This document shows positions 36,594 to 48,720 of a stretch of DNA of 64,000 bases, piece by piece. Location: IMG/VR virus record IMGVR_UViG_3300010413_000011, positions 28,701-92,700 of that record; one strand, 5' to 3'. Numbering within the stretch: the stretch's first letter is position 1; each line of letters begins with the position of its first letter. Position numbers and translations under genes: made by a program. Origin of the DNA: a virus. The notes below the pieces were generated by a model. It searched no databases and was not told the origin of the DNA. It worked only from the letters and a program-made list of their open reading frames with translations.

Positions 36594-38426
36594 TCAATGA
36601 ACTTTCTTAGGCGGGAAGGCTTTGTTAACAGCGTCGTTGAGTCCTCGAGTCCAATTTGGCAGGTCGACCGGAGGAGGGTCGTCTAGGATAAGGATGTCGG
36701 CGGTTCGTCCTTTGGGCGGACTCTTGAGTTTAGGATGTAAGACTTTTTTATTGTAGGTAAGGCAAAAAAAGAAATCAAACTTCCAAAGTTTGAAGTGGCA
36801 ATGTTTGATCATAGTTTTTTTAGTTTTCATTTTTTATCTCCTTTCTTGACCGCGATCATACCGTTTGGTGGTCGACACTCTGAACAAAAGGCTGCACCAA
36901 TAAATTTAACTTCAATATTAATTCTTTCACCATCCCACGAAGTTTTAATTTCGTCAGGTCTGAACGTTAATAGAGGAACGTAGAAAGACTTTTGACAGCT
37001 ACTACATTCGAATTCCAATTTAGTTTCCATCACCAATTTATGGAGATCAAGAGCGTCGATCTCCTCTAACGGTTTAACTATTGTTTTCAGAGCCATGTTT
37101 ACCTCCTCATACAATCGTTATCTAGGTCTTTTTCGTGCCAACGGTGTTCGTCTCTGTTTCGCTCCATCTCGTCGTGCGCCCATTGAAATTTTTCTTCAAT
37201 GATTTTATCGGCGAGGTTGAGTAACATCTTTTTTCGAGCCTTCAGTTTAACATGGAAGAGGTATTTGTCAACGCAATCCCTCAACTCACAAGCCGCTGCG
37301 GCTCGGTCCATACCCAGGGCTATACAAGCTTCGAAAATCATTTCCATTGCGGCTCGATCGGTTCTTAACAGCTTCATTGTTACCTCCTCTTCGAAAGTGT
37401 GTGGCCTCGAATCTTTTTTCGAGGAGCACACTCAGGACACCAACAACGATCGCCATCGTTTGAAAATCTCCAACCTTTTCTTTCTAAGTAGTTTCTGAAA
37501 GATTCCAACGGTTGACTCGAGTCTCGATGCGAGTTAAGAATATGGGTATAGATTTTAGTACAATTAATATCGTCACACCTAGCCACTAATTGAATTGACA
37601 TTCTAATCTCCTTTCATAAACAATAGTTTAAATTTTGCTCGAGCATAAGGCGTTAGTTTTTTCTCTTCATAATATCCGCAACCATGGTATCGACAATCGT
37701 TATCACCCATCATTCCCCTGTACGGGCACGACCTGGGTGTACCGTATATTTCGAAAATTAACCAACGACGACTATGTAAACAGTATCCGTAGTCGTCGTC
37801 GAGTTTATGAATGAAACGACTCACCTGCGGTTTCTCGCCCTTGCCTTGCGGGCTATTTTGTTTCGCTTCCGATTCTTTTTGATTTTCATTTTTTGTGAGG
37901 GAGTCCTTTCGGTTCCCATTTGTTTTTTCGATTTCGATTTTTGTTGTCTCTCTTTTTCGTTCGCATCAAATGCCGCCACCATCCCCAACATTGTTGTAAA
38001 CAAACCTGCACCTGGATTTTTCATTTAGTCCTCCTTTACAATAGATCTTATTTCCTCTATTAAACGTCTGTGGTGTTCGTAATTTCGTTTCCTAATGTGA
38101 GCCAATATTTTGACTAAACCTTTGCCGTTTCTATTTATCCACTCCCAAGTGGACATCAACTCTTCGTTGTGTTTTATACATTCACAATACCATACATATC
38201 TTTTTTTATTGTATTCGAAAATCGCAAGAGGAAAATCTCGTACTCGTATTTTATCTCCTTCCGGAATTAACATTTGTAATTCATCTTCGTCGTCGCAAAC
38301 TCGTTCTGGGTCCAGAGTCCAACACGACTCGTAGACAGTATAATGATGAAGTCCACAGGCGCAAACGAAATCATATTCTCGCTCGTCGATCTCGAATGCC
38401 TCTTGGAATATTTCCCACCACTCCAT
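36594..38426 (-). other. run of about 7 small translationally coupled hypothetical genes (36594-36830, 36827-37096, 37099-37377, 37380-37601, 37603-37824, 37821-38024, 38025-38426)
   Basis: Abutting or overlapping ORFs, several with GGAGG SD and CxxC pairs. Confidence 0.65.
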
Positions 38427-39004
38427 TATTCCTCCTTTACGTTCTCCCGCCAAATAAGTTGAACGGGTGCGGTTCCTTTTATCCCGAGTCTTTTGGCAGC
38501 CGCCATCGAAAGGTCAATAACTCGAGTAGGGTGATTGTATATGTGAAGAACTTCTTTGGTCTCCGGATCTCGTTTTATTTTATAAGGACCTCGGTCGTTG
38601 ATCCGAACGTCAATCGCTTTATTGTTGTTCAAATTAATTACAGTGACAATTGTTCCAAACGGCAAGTCGCGATGAGCAGCAGTACCAGGATCGTTCATGT
38701 CGAAGACTTCACCACTCGCCGTTCGCTTACCATGAAAACTCGTTTTCGAATATGAATCATACGGACCATACCATGACGCGATACCCTCTTGAGTCTCCAC
38801 CTTAAAAACGTCAGGAGACACCGGTGCCGCGCAGGGAGCGCAGGGAGGGCAGACCGGGGCTGGCGGACAGGGCTCGCATGTTAAATTGAGTTCTTTTTTG
38901 ATAGGCTCGCAGGCCGTATGAATAAAAATTATTCCAATTACAAATATAGTCAACAAAAAAACGACTGTTCGTCTAACGTTGAGTTCTATTTCGATTGTTA
39001 TCAT
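38426..39004 (-). CDS. rlpA: RlpA-like DPBB lytic transglycosylase with N-terminal TM segment
   Basis: GIASWYG, FHGKRTASGE, AAHRDLPFGT, VRINDRGP, RVIDLSMAAA. Confidence 0.88.
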   Translation of the reverse strand: MITIEIELNVRRTVVFLLTIFVIGIIFIHTACEPIKKELNLTCEPCPPAPVCPPCAPCAAPVSPDVFKVETQEGIASWYGPYDSYSKTSFHGKRTASGEVFDMNDPGTAAHRDLPFGTIVTVINLNNNKAIDVRINDRGPYKIKRDPETKEVLHIYNHPTRVIDLSMAAAKRLGIKGTAPVQLIWRENVKEE

Positions 39005-39016
39005 TTATTTCTCCTT

Positions 39017-39241
39017 TCAATCCAAATTATAATCTAATTCGTATGCTTCCATCATCGCGATTTCTGCATTCTTCTCTCTGCATTTGGGACAGACTCGATT
39101 ATAAATTCCTTCTGATATAAAATATCGGTCACACCGTAAACATATTCGCTTAACTTTCTTTTTTGGTCTGCGTCCTTTCTTTCTTACAAATTTCCTCTTG
39201 ACCTTAACAAACCGCTTCCGCCTTACAAACCTTCTAGCCAT
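39017..39241 (-). CDS. small basic Zn-finger protein
   Basis: RICLRCDRYFISEGIYNRVCPKC. Confidence 0.65.
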   Translation of the reverse strand: MARRFVRRKRFVKVKRKFVRKKGRRPKKKVKRICLRCDRYFISEGIYNRVCPKCREKNAEIAMMEAYELDYNLD

Positions 39242-39242
39242 T

Positions 39243-39584
39243 TCACACTCCGCCGCGATCAAATAATTCTATTGACCGAACTGTTCCACCTAATTCATTT
39301 TTAATTATGTTGAAGGCCTTCGTTGGTTCCTTACCAGGATCTAAATTGCAATTAAAGATATCAACCGAATATCCTTTTTTCTCGGGCCAAGTATGGATCG
39401 ATAAATGAGAGTCCGCCAATAATACTATGACGCTGACTCCTGGTCCGTATTCATGGGTAAGGGTCTCCAAAGGAGTTGAGACAACTTCGGCAGCCCTCCA
39501 ACACAGAGACTCAAGCCCAGCCACTTTGTCGAGCAGTTCGCTTTCAGAGTCAACAACATCCGCTAATAAAGTTCGTCCCCACAC
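39243..39584 (-). CDS. speD: pyruvoyl-dependent S-adenosylmethionine decarboxylase family proenzyme
   Basis: GVSVIVLLADSHLSIHTWPE..YSVDIFNC; AGGAGG SD and GTG start. Confidence 0.85.
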   Translation of the reverse strand: MWGRTLLADVVDSESELLDKVAGLESLCWRAAEVVSTPLETLTHEYGPGVSVIVLLADSHLSIHTWPEKKGYSVDIFNCNLDPGKEPTKAFNIIKNELGGTVRSIELFDRGGV

Positions 39585-39723
39585 AATGTATTCCTCCTAA
39601 ATTTCGAAAAGTAATTCCAATATTACCCAAAATATTGAAAACGATTCTTTAACGTTAATCTCTCTACAGGTTAAGCAAAGACCGTCGGCTCGGTATTCTA
39701 ACCCTAAATGTTTTCCACAGAGT

Positions 39724-40080
39724 TCACAGTACATATCGACCTCCATATAATTCAGTGAGTCGATCTAATGCCTGAATAAGTCGATCTCTCAACGAGTCGC
39801 CCCAATATTTGAGTTCCCCTTCTTTTTTCAACAAAGACCAAACCATCAAGAGTTCACCAATCGTTTCTTGTTTGGCCATTAGGTTTCCTAAGGCACACTC
39901 TGCGTATTTATAGATACTCCTAATACGAGTTTGAAAACACGGACCGCTGTCACTCTTTAAATATTCGCACTCATGACAATTGCCATGGTTGCATCCAATA
40001 TTTATTAGGAACTCATGAACCCTTAATACTTCAGTAACTTTGACATCTTCTTTTCCTTTTTTGGCTATTTCCTCATTCAT
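39724..40080 (-). CDS. hypothetical protein
   Basis: Coupled ORF with Cys motifs. Confidence 0.6.
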   Translation of the reverse strand: MNEEIAKKGKEDVKVTEVLRVHEFLINIGCNHGNCHECEYLKSDSGPCFQTRIRSIYKYAECALGNLMAKQETIGELLMVWSLLKKEGELKYWGDSLRDRLIQALDRLTELYGGRYVL

Positions 40081-40610
40081 TTCTTATCCTCCTTTTTCTT
40101 CTTGTCAGGACTCAAGTCGCCGATCAATATCAATTCTTTCCTACGCGTATTTTCTTTTCCGACTTTTCCTTTGCTATCAGCCTTCACCACCGAGTCCCAC
40201 TTGACATACGCCATACGACCATTATTTAAGATTCGAAGGATCTTTCCATGGCGATCCCCGCGTCGAACCTCATCACCTTTCCTAAATTTCATATGTTTGT
40301 CCTCCTTTACAAATCTCTTCGTTACTTTTTTCGCCCGTGTCATTGCGCGTTCTAACGGGACTCCACAGAGGTCAATATGTTGTCCCCGCTCTCCGCGTTT
40401 CGAGACTTTAATTACTTTAACACCTAGTTCTCGAGCAGTCCTGATCAACCGCTCCTCATTATTATCCATCAAATGCGCCCACAACTTTGCTCTCTTAAAA
40501 CAGTTTGGAGCATTTGGAAATGACTTTGGCATTGCTGGGTAGACGTGTAGAGCTTGACCGCCGCGTTCAACATGATCGAAACATTGAGTTATTTTTTTAA
40601 ACCACTTCAT
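40077..40610 (-). CDS. DUF4031-like protein with C-terminal SH3-like segment
   Basis: WAHLMD..EE.L...ARELG...QHIDL; then KFRKGDEV...GKIL. Confidence 0.55.
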   Translation of the reverse strand: MKWFKKITQCFDHVERGGQALHVYPAMPKSFPNAPNCFKRAKLWAHLMDNNEERLIRTARELGVKVIKVSKRGERGQHIDLCGVPLERAMTRAKKVTKRFVKEDKHMKFRKGDEVRRGDRHGKILRILNNGRMAYVKWDSVVKADSKGKVGKENTRRKELILIGDLSPDKKKKEDKK

Positions 40611-43189
40611 TCAATTTCATCCTTTCTGAAAATATCCTTCAATAATATTTTTTGATGAGGATATAATTTTAAAAAATCCTCAGCCATCTTAAAAAACTTT
40701 TCGCAAGCCTGTTCATGATTTTCGAAAGACCTGCCAAAATCGTTTATTGCCTCCCCACAGAATTGACACTCCTTTAATTTTATTTTAGGCCTAACTCTAC
40801 TTTTAATCAACAAGGTATCTCGCCCACCACAACGGGCACATGGTATTCCGGTCCGTATAGTGAAGACTCTCCCTACGTGAGCGCAATCTTTACAGATGCG
40901 GAACCACCCGGGTACGAGTCGTCGTCCTGGTTTACTCGGCATTAGTAATATCCAAAAAAGGTCCAGAGAAGATAACCAATGAAAATAGTTAAGAGTGCAG
41001 GACCTGGTAAGTAGAACCACGCGTCGCCATACTCCTTCTTTTCCTTCATACTCATAAGAATGATTGGTATTTGGAAAAAGCCGATCACCATCAAAATAAA
41101 TCCTATTGAGTGTAACAATACGAACAGAAGGTCTATCCAATCAAACATTTTTCTTCTCCTTTTTCTCGAGTGAGTCGGCAAACTTGACCAATATTTCGAC
41201 CGGTCTTCCATAACAACAAGTTTCGAAAAACCGACAATCCTTCTTATCACAGCAGATGGCTGATTTAGTCACCATCTTTACAAATAGTTCAGCTAAGCTC
41301 AATTTTTAATCCTCCTTCGTTTCTGTTTCACCTACTACAGAGCCAATTGATAGACCATGCTCAATCAATGTCTTCTCGAGTTCGAGTTCAACTTCGCTTC
41401 CGCCGGTGCCCTTGATGGCGAACCCGACGAGTATGTTTGGATCGACTCCTCGAGGAACGTCCATCGAAAACCGAAATTTCTTTCCCTTCGAAGTCTCGGC
41501 TTCATAAACACAACGCCAGGCGATTTGAATGTAGTCGCCATCCTCATTGTTGAGTTGTACGAGCCCATCTTTCGATTTTTCCTGACTGACCAGTTTAGTT
41601 ATTTTCATGGCGCCTCCTATCTACGAACTTTGTAACAAACACCTTCTACAAACAACCAATTTTCTTTACCGTTTCCGAATACAGGTCGGGGAGAATAGGG
41701 TTGGCCGGTATGAGGCGATCTAACATCATGTAGAAAAATGTGTGATGTCATAAAATGGGAAAAATAAGGAATCCGATAATTCGGATGCCGTTCAATATAA
41801 GAAACGATCCCCGGAATAAAACATCGCGAACACCTTGCGGAACTCGAGTCGAGTTTGTTTCCGCAGACAATACAGTTACCATTGTATGAGTAAGTCATTA
41901 GTTTACCCACGATTCGTTAACCCATTTAGTTGTGTAACCGGGAATACCATAATCGAGTCCTTCCATAATAAAAGTCTCGATCGTCGTATACCGTTGTAAA
42001 ATTCTTACGATCTCTAACCATCGCCATTCCTCATCAAGATAGGTTGGCCACCAGAGGAAACGAATGACGATTCGCCTTTCTCCGACCTCTGTTGTTCGTT
42101 TAGGTTTCCATCTCATTTCAATCCCTCCAATGTTTGTTCACCCATTCATCTTTCTCTTCAATTATTCCTCCTCCGATTTCGTCGGTCCATAACTTAGCGA
42201 CTTTTTCATACTCCTGCTCGATCGATGCTCGTTCCAACCAACGCCATTCACCGTCGAGACAAATTGGCCACCAGAGAAATTTTTGGATAGTTCTTTTCTC
42301 GCCGATCTGTGGTCTTCCCTTTTCTTTCGAGTTCCATCTCATTGTTTGATCTCCTTATTCATCGACGGTAAACAATAACACCGCGTTCGCAGCTACCGGT
42401 TCAATATAAAGAACTCCGATGGCGTTGATATACAATCCGTGGTGACCGTTCTCGATCTTTTTTACTTCCGCTCTGAATTTGGACCGACCTATTTGGAATT
42501 CGATATGGCCGTCTAACGGAAGTTGAATTTTGTAATCTAAACTTTGTCCTTTTTTGTGTTTTCGTCTCATTCGAACGAGTGAGACTTTTTTGGTTTCTTC
42601 TATCATGTTAGACCTCCTGTTTGTAAAATCTGATCTCGTGGTCGTGAAGCATGATCAACTTGACCGGTTTGTCAATGTCGAAACCTGCCTCTTTTAAAAT
42701 TCTTGTTTCATCCTCTATCGATGGCGGCCATTGGCTCACATCGTCCTTAAGTCGGCTGATGGTAGCCTTTCGAATTAGAGTTCCATTTGACGGCGTAACC
42801 TCGAACTCGAAGCCTTCAGATATTTCGGGACTCGAAGCTTCATTCGAATTATCAACAATTAGGTCGAACCCTCGCTGAATCAATCTTTTTATATGATTTC
42901 GATTAGTCTCTGCTTTTAAAGCAGCGACAATAAAAAGTTCGATACATTGAACCAAATCCTCGTTGTTAACCCAATATCGGTTCCACCCACGAACGGTCCA
43001 AACACAATGGGATAAATCATTCGCATGAGTCGTTTCTCCAGCAACATAAAGATTGATATGTACTGGTTTACCTATACACTCAAACGACTTTCCAAACTCC
43101 CATTGTGCTTTGCCTTCACCAACACAGCCCAGACATTCACAATTTTTATCTGGACAAAATCTCGGTTTGTGTACAACAATCATTTTCAT
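40607..43189 (-). other. run of small hypothetical genes (40607-40942, 40942-41148 membrane, 41306-41608, 41617-41910, 41898-42116, 42118-42342, 42355-42606, 42608-43189)
   Basis: TAATG/ATGA overlaps and SD sites; 41898-42116 and 42118-42342 are tandem paralogs. Confidence 0.65.
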
Positions 43190-44484
43190 TTCCTCCAATA
43201 TTCTCGTAATGCTATTTGAGTACACCGTTCTTGAAATTGAGCACCGGTGTCACCCTCTCCGTCTTTCACAGTCGACTCGATTAAATATTCGCAATCTTCC
43301 AAAATTCTTTTTCCAATTTTTCTTCTACATGCTTCATCCAGCTCTTTCAATTCCAAAGAGACATCAATTCGTCCTGGTCGACTAGAAATATTAGTTCCAT
43401 TTTTTATTTCTGAAGTCCCCAAAGCGGGATCTAATGTTTCGATTCGGTTTGAAGTGACGACAGTAAAAATCCCATCAGATCTCTCTACGCCATCCAGACA
43501 ATTTAGAAGACTACCAAACGAAAGTTTGTCTTTCATACTATTTCCTTCATAGACATTCTTTCGTCCTTCAAAAACGTTATCGATGTCTTCCATTAAAACA
43601 ATACATGGAGTATTCCTCGCCGCCCTCCGCCATCCATCCAACAATTCTTCGTTTGTTAGAGTAGCCAAATCTAAAATGAAAATTGGAATATCTAAGGACT
43701 CTGCGATTGCTCGAGTCAAAGAAGTTTTTCCGGTTCCTGGTTTTCCGTAGAGCAACCATCCTCGTTTCCACGGAATACCTTTACTACGATACCATTGTTC
43801 ACTATCCTTCCATTTTTTGATATCGTCGATTACAACTTCGACATTTTTGGGAAACGCTAATATGTTTATTTCTTTATCTTTATAATCGAACTCGTATCCG
43901 AGATCGTCGAGTGTCCATTTAAGGAGTCGAGCTTCTCCGCGTTCGATAGCTCCTTCATCGCTGCTACTTGCTGTTTTATTGAGCGGCGATTCCTCATCTC
44001 TATTATTTCGACCAAAAAGATAAGAGATTCGGAATCTACGATTATTAAAAACCGATTTAGTTTTTTCATTATAAAAATCTAAAGCATCGATGATAAATTG
44101 ATCGGAATCTATCGTTCCTCGGATAACTGTAATTTTTAAATCCTCATCTCCTCCATTCTTATCAGTTTGTCTATGTATTAAAATAGGACGCCATTCGTCG
44201 AAAAAAATTAAAAGATTATTTCCAATCAATTCAAATCCGACTAATCGTCTCGTTTTAAGAGGACGAACATATCGGTCGTCGCATTGGTACGATCGATCGC
44301 CGATCGGAAGTCTCCAATAATTATTCCAACAATAAGACGATACAGCTTTCGCTGCATCATATCGGACTCCGAAAGTCACGAATACGAGACTCGTTATTTG
44401 ATTCAAGAGTTGTTTCGATCGCTGCCAAAACGTTCCTACGACTCCCGCAAACACTCCTGCTCCTAATAGTGTCGTCGTCTCCAT
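43186..44484 (-). CDS. BCS1-like AAA+ ATPase with N-terminal hydrophobic anchor
   Basis: WYRSKGIPWKRGWLLYGKPGTGKTS, LMEDID, LLNCLDG, LDPAL...RPGRID. Confidence 0.85.
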   Translation of the reverse strand: METTTLLGAGVFAGVVGTFWQRSKQLLNQITSLVFVTFGVRYDAAKAVSSYCWNNYWRLPIGDRSYQCDDRYVRPLKTRRLVGFELIGNNLLIFFDEWRPILIHRQTDKNGGDEDLKITVIRGTIDSDQFIIDALDFYNEKTKSVFNNRRFRISYLFGRNNRDEESPLNKTASSSDEGAIERGEARLLKWTLDDLGYEFDYKDKEINILAFPKNVEVVIDDIKKWKDSEQWYRSKGIPWKRGWLLYGKPGTGKTSLTRAIAESLDIPIFILDLATLTNEELLDGWRRAARNTPCIVLMEDIDNVFEGRKNVYEGNSMKDKLSFGSLLNCLDGVERSDGIFTVVTSNRIETLDPALGTSEIKNGTNISSRPGRIDVSLELKELDEACRRKIGKRILEDCEYLIESTVKDGEGDTGAQFQERCTQIALREYWRK

Positions 44485-44635
44485 TCGAAGTTCCTCCTTA
44501 AAATTTTCTTTCGCGTTCCATTCGCCGAAGAGTGTCGCCCATATGTTCTCCAGAGTTCATCTCATAACCATAACCGATACAGCCACCTTTCCAACTACCG
44601 GTTCGCTCTCCTACTTCGTAAATTGTTTTTTCATC

Positions 44636-47600
44636 TTATCTATCTCCAAACTCGAGTTTGATGACCTGTGCTCCGTTATAACTCTCGGCATTGTTGTCGT
44701 CTGCCTTCTCTGCCTCCATAAGCCGAGGACAGTTGTCAGACTCGCACCTTCTGTCTTCTTGACCATAAAACCAACACCTATGCTCGAGAATCTTGTGGTT
44801 GTCTTTATCGACTTCAACTCGAAGTTGAAGGAAGTGACAAACACCACCATTGTTGACGATGTCCTCGAGCATCGACAATCTGTTATCCGCGAATACTGGT
44901 TCACTCATTTTTTCCTCCTCCTAAACTCTACACTCGCAATTTTTCAAAGTAAGTATCTGTTTTTGAACCGATGGAGTCTGCTCGACGCCATCGAACTTCG
45001 ATATATGAAACTTCTCATATGTAACAAAGTCAGACTGAACAATATGTCCAATAGCCTTTGTTTTGTCTATGGGAGAGCGATGATTAAAACCTCGCCTCTC
45101 CATCTCTTCGACAACCGAAGAGTGACGATCGTATAAAGAAGCTAATTTACCAAACCAACGCTTCACTTCTGGATGTCTCGAATAACCATCTCTCTGTTCA
45201 GCGACAACAGTAAAAATGGAATGGATCTCTCGGTGGAGACCGAGTAAGTGTTTGTCACAAAGAAGTGACGGGTGGATGTCCCAGACTCGCATTTTTAAAC
45301 TCCCCAATTTCTTAAAAGTAGAGCAGCGATCGCAAACCCTAGACTACCACCAGCGACCACACCAAAGAAAAGACATTGCAACGCGAGTCGTCGGGCAGAC
45401 CTCAAGGGGACCATGGTCCCGTCTAGGTCATCGCCCGACGGTCTCTGACCGTCTCCTGAGGTCTCAAGGGAAACTTGACCGAGGTTATGGCGTTTAGTCT
45501 TTATCATTTTGTCCTCCTATGTTGTTTACCAATTTTAGAGATGGCCTCGAGATCGGATTTCTTCATATCGCCCTTCTTCCAATTTTCAAAGGCGGCGAGT
45601 CTTTGTGGATCCGTCAGATCGACTCCCGAAACCATTTTCATAAATTCTGTGAAGTCCTTGAACCCAGCCTCCTGAACAGCTTTGTCTCTCATCTCTTCCA
45701 TCGACTCCCCAGATGGAATCTCCAATTTCTTTTTAATCCGCCAACGATGTCCTCGAACACCACAAAAAGTCAACCACCCGTCCTCTCCAGCAATGACACC
45801 GCCTCCACGACCGGGTTGAAGACCGCAAGCGAACTGCTCTCCGAGAACTTTAAAGAAGAGTTGATCGCCAAACTCCTTGAGTTCTATGTCTCGAATAACA
45901 GTGACGGTATTAGCTGGCGTCTCGGAACCTTTCGGCATGTTGATGGTTTCGAGGAGTCCGCCAATCCACTCATCCTTTTTGTTTACAATCTGTTCCCATA
46001 TCGATTCCATTATTCATTCCCTCCTTACAACAATTTTGAAATTCGAAATGGCTTCACCAATTTGTTTAGCCATACGAGTGAGGTCGAATACACGAGCACT
46101 CTCGAAGATTAGTTTGTCGTCTACAAAAATTTTAAACTCCTCTCCGTTCGCGACCTCTACATCAGTCATAGTCATCTCGAATGTCTTTCCATTGTCTGAC
46201 ATCGCGACCACGCGAATTGTTTTAGTTGCCATCGTCATCGTTCTCCTTCTTCAACCAACGATCCAAAAACTTTTCGTCTTCGGTCGCGGCATCAATGATG
46301 TCGATTGTCGAACGAACTGTACGACAAAAGAGTTTGAACTCTCTCTTGTTCGCCTTAATGTCGTTCTTCTCAACGATACGACGAAGAATCTTGTCTACCT
46401 TTTCCGCCTCGGCATAAGCATCCATTGTTTAGTCCTCCTTTCAAATTCCAATTCTCTCCACAACAAAGTCGTGGTGAAGTGGTTTCATAACAACGAACTT
46501 GAGTTCGTCATAGTCGGACTTAGAGCAGCGAACGAGTTTCTCGGAACATTCAGGACAATGCGCGTCTCTCAACAACAGAGCCTTCCTGCTGAACCCTTCA
46601 ACTCGAACTCTCCAACTATAAATGATTTTACACTTTCTACATTTCCCGTTTTGAACTCTTCTTTTTCGCGCCATCCTTCAATCTCCTTAAAAACTTTTTA
46701 ATTCGAGTCCACAACTTGCGACACTCGATACATCGGTCGATCGTATAGACATAACCACCCTCTACCTTCTTAACATCAATCGTTCCAGTAAAATTCATGG
46801 GTATGGCTGCCGCCTCGAATAAAGATATCCGCTTTGTAGTCTCGATGCCGCACTCACTACAAACCATGGTAGTGTTAACTCGTTCCATTGTCTCCCTCCT
46901 CCTTTTTAAAAACTAGCTTCACTCTACTTTGGCTCGGATCAAATTTGTAGCCTTGAGTTACCATGGTGTCAATAATTCGATTTTGTTTATCGAACTCGCA
47001 GTCCGCCAACACTACTTCGCCTCTATTCTCAATTCGTTCCATTTATAATTCATCCTGTGGCCAATCTCTAGGAACCGCTTGAGCAGTTCCAATTGCTATT
47101 GTAAAAAACGGCTCCCCACAATGAGGACAAACCATTTTCTCTCCTTTTTGTACCGGAGTTCCATCAAAGCGACAAATAGTATCGGCAGTAATCGGATCCA
47201 ATGACTTGAGATCCTTTTTAGTCTCATATACAGGTCCACCGCAGGCATAACAGGTTATAACGGAACCTTTAAGTAGCTTGTTATTTGGAATGACCATTAC
47301 TACCTCGAAATTCTCTTCGCAGCCTCGTCGGCAGGTACCGCAAAGAGTCCTAAAAAAGTTTGCTCCTGAGTCATCTGCCAATCCCATTCCTCCTGAGAGT
47401 CTATTAAAGGAGCACAACAATACATTCCACAATCGAAGAGTCCAATCAACAACTCTCTGGTCTGTAATTTGTTTTGAGACTCAGCATAGGAACTGGCCTC
47501 AATCTGTCGACCTCCAGCCTCGAGCAACTCGGTGTCCGTCGGCGGGTTAAAATATTTTCCCATCTCCAAAACCTCCCTTCAAACGACAAGTAAGTAAATT

Positions 47601-47827
47601 GCTATCGACAATAATAAAACCGACTCGAGCACATAGAGTCGATAGTGTTTCCAAAACTGAAGACGGTTAACAAAAACGATGTCTGAAATTTTTACCATGT
47701 CGTCCTCTCCGTCGATAACAAGAAAAGGTTCGACCCTTGTGTTATCGGGAAAAATTTCTGTATTTTCGCAAATCACTTTGTCACCAAGTACAACGACATT
47801 ACTTTTTACTTCCATTCCAATTTTCAT
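44636..47827 (-). other. further small hypothetical genes (44636-44908, 45295-45507, 45504-46010, 46014-46238, 46222-46425, 46441-46674, 46637-46888, 47043-47297, 47300-47569, 47579-47827)
   Basis: Tightly packed minus-strand ORFs with GGAGG SD sites; several CxxC pairs. Confidence 0.6.
44921..45292 (-). CDS. pyrimidine dimer DNA glycosylase / endonuclease V family protein
   Basis: MRVWDIHPSLLCDKHLLGLHREIH...YSRHPEVKRW...EMERRGFNH. Confidence 0.78.
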   Translation of the reverse strand: MRVWDIHPSLLCDKHLLGLHREIHSIFTVVAEQRDGYSRHPEVKRWFGKLASLYDRHSSVVEEMERRGFNHRSPIDKTKAIGHIVQSDFVTYEKFHISKFDGVEQTPSVQKQILTLKNCECRV

Positions 47828-48720
47828 CCCTCGACCTCCCTTCATCAAACAAAAATAAAACTGTCGGGTGCCAAAACCCAACGCAATACCCAGACTGGAA
47901 ACAAACAAAACCCTAGGCGCCGTAACTCTCAACTCATTAATCGTTCCAGTCTCCAACTGCACAATAAAACAAAATAATAGCCATCAAAGTTCTACCCTAA
48001 GATTCGTAGGTCATCTAAAACAAAAATGATTCCAGTCAAACAAAAGTAAGTCAGGTACCCAAAGCAAAGAATCCCGACCACCGGAAACTGGAAAATATAT
48101 AGAAGTCGAATAGCGAAAAAGGGAGGCAGGGTAGAGGAGGGCAGAGAGAGTAGGTAGATATATAGTACTTGTATAGAGCCAGTAGTCACTAGTGCCTATT
48201 CCAGGAGCCCGGGAGCCGAACAATAAAGTATTCCTGCTTACTGCCGAGTCTATACGAACACGTATACTTCGACCACACTCGAATGGCGTGCGCCCGGCTG
48301 ACTTCGGTTCCATGCGAACCAGAGCGTATTGCAGTTGGAATACACTGGCAAGTTGCAGTATAGTCGGAGCTAGAGCGTATTGCAGTTCGAATACTCTCTA
48401 CCTTCGGTCTGCCCTTCCCTAGAGCCGCAGACTATAATTATCGATAATTAAATATACTGGATAGATAGTTGGAACGACAAGTACTGGAACTTGTGGACAA
48501 TGCATTATTAGCTAGTTTTGTTGTTCGTCTCTAGGGTGGATCTCGCGGTACTGGCAATATGGTGCAGTCTGGGTGGCGCCCCGGGCCTCGTGGATCCGTA
48601 CGATTGCACCTCTGCCATCTCCTCTTAAACTGCAGATCCTTGACAATTAACCAGAAGTAGATTTTGGAATACGAATACTGCAATTGCAGTTATTTACCTA
48701 CGAACTAAATTGGATATTCG

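Noticed and set aside
44543-46701. Long plus-strand ORFs (44543-45136, 45519-46112, 45877-46701)
   Set aside because: Antisense to SD-led, coupled minus-strand genes; no recognisable motifs
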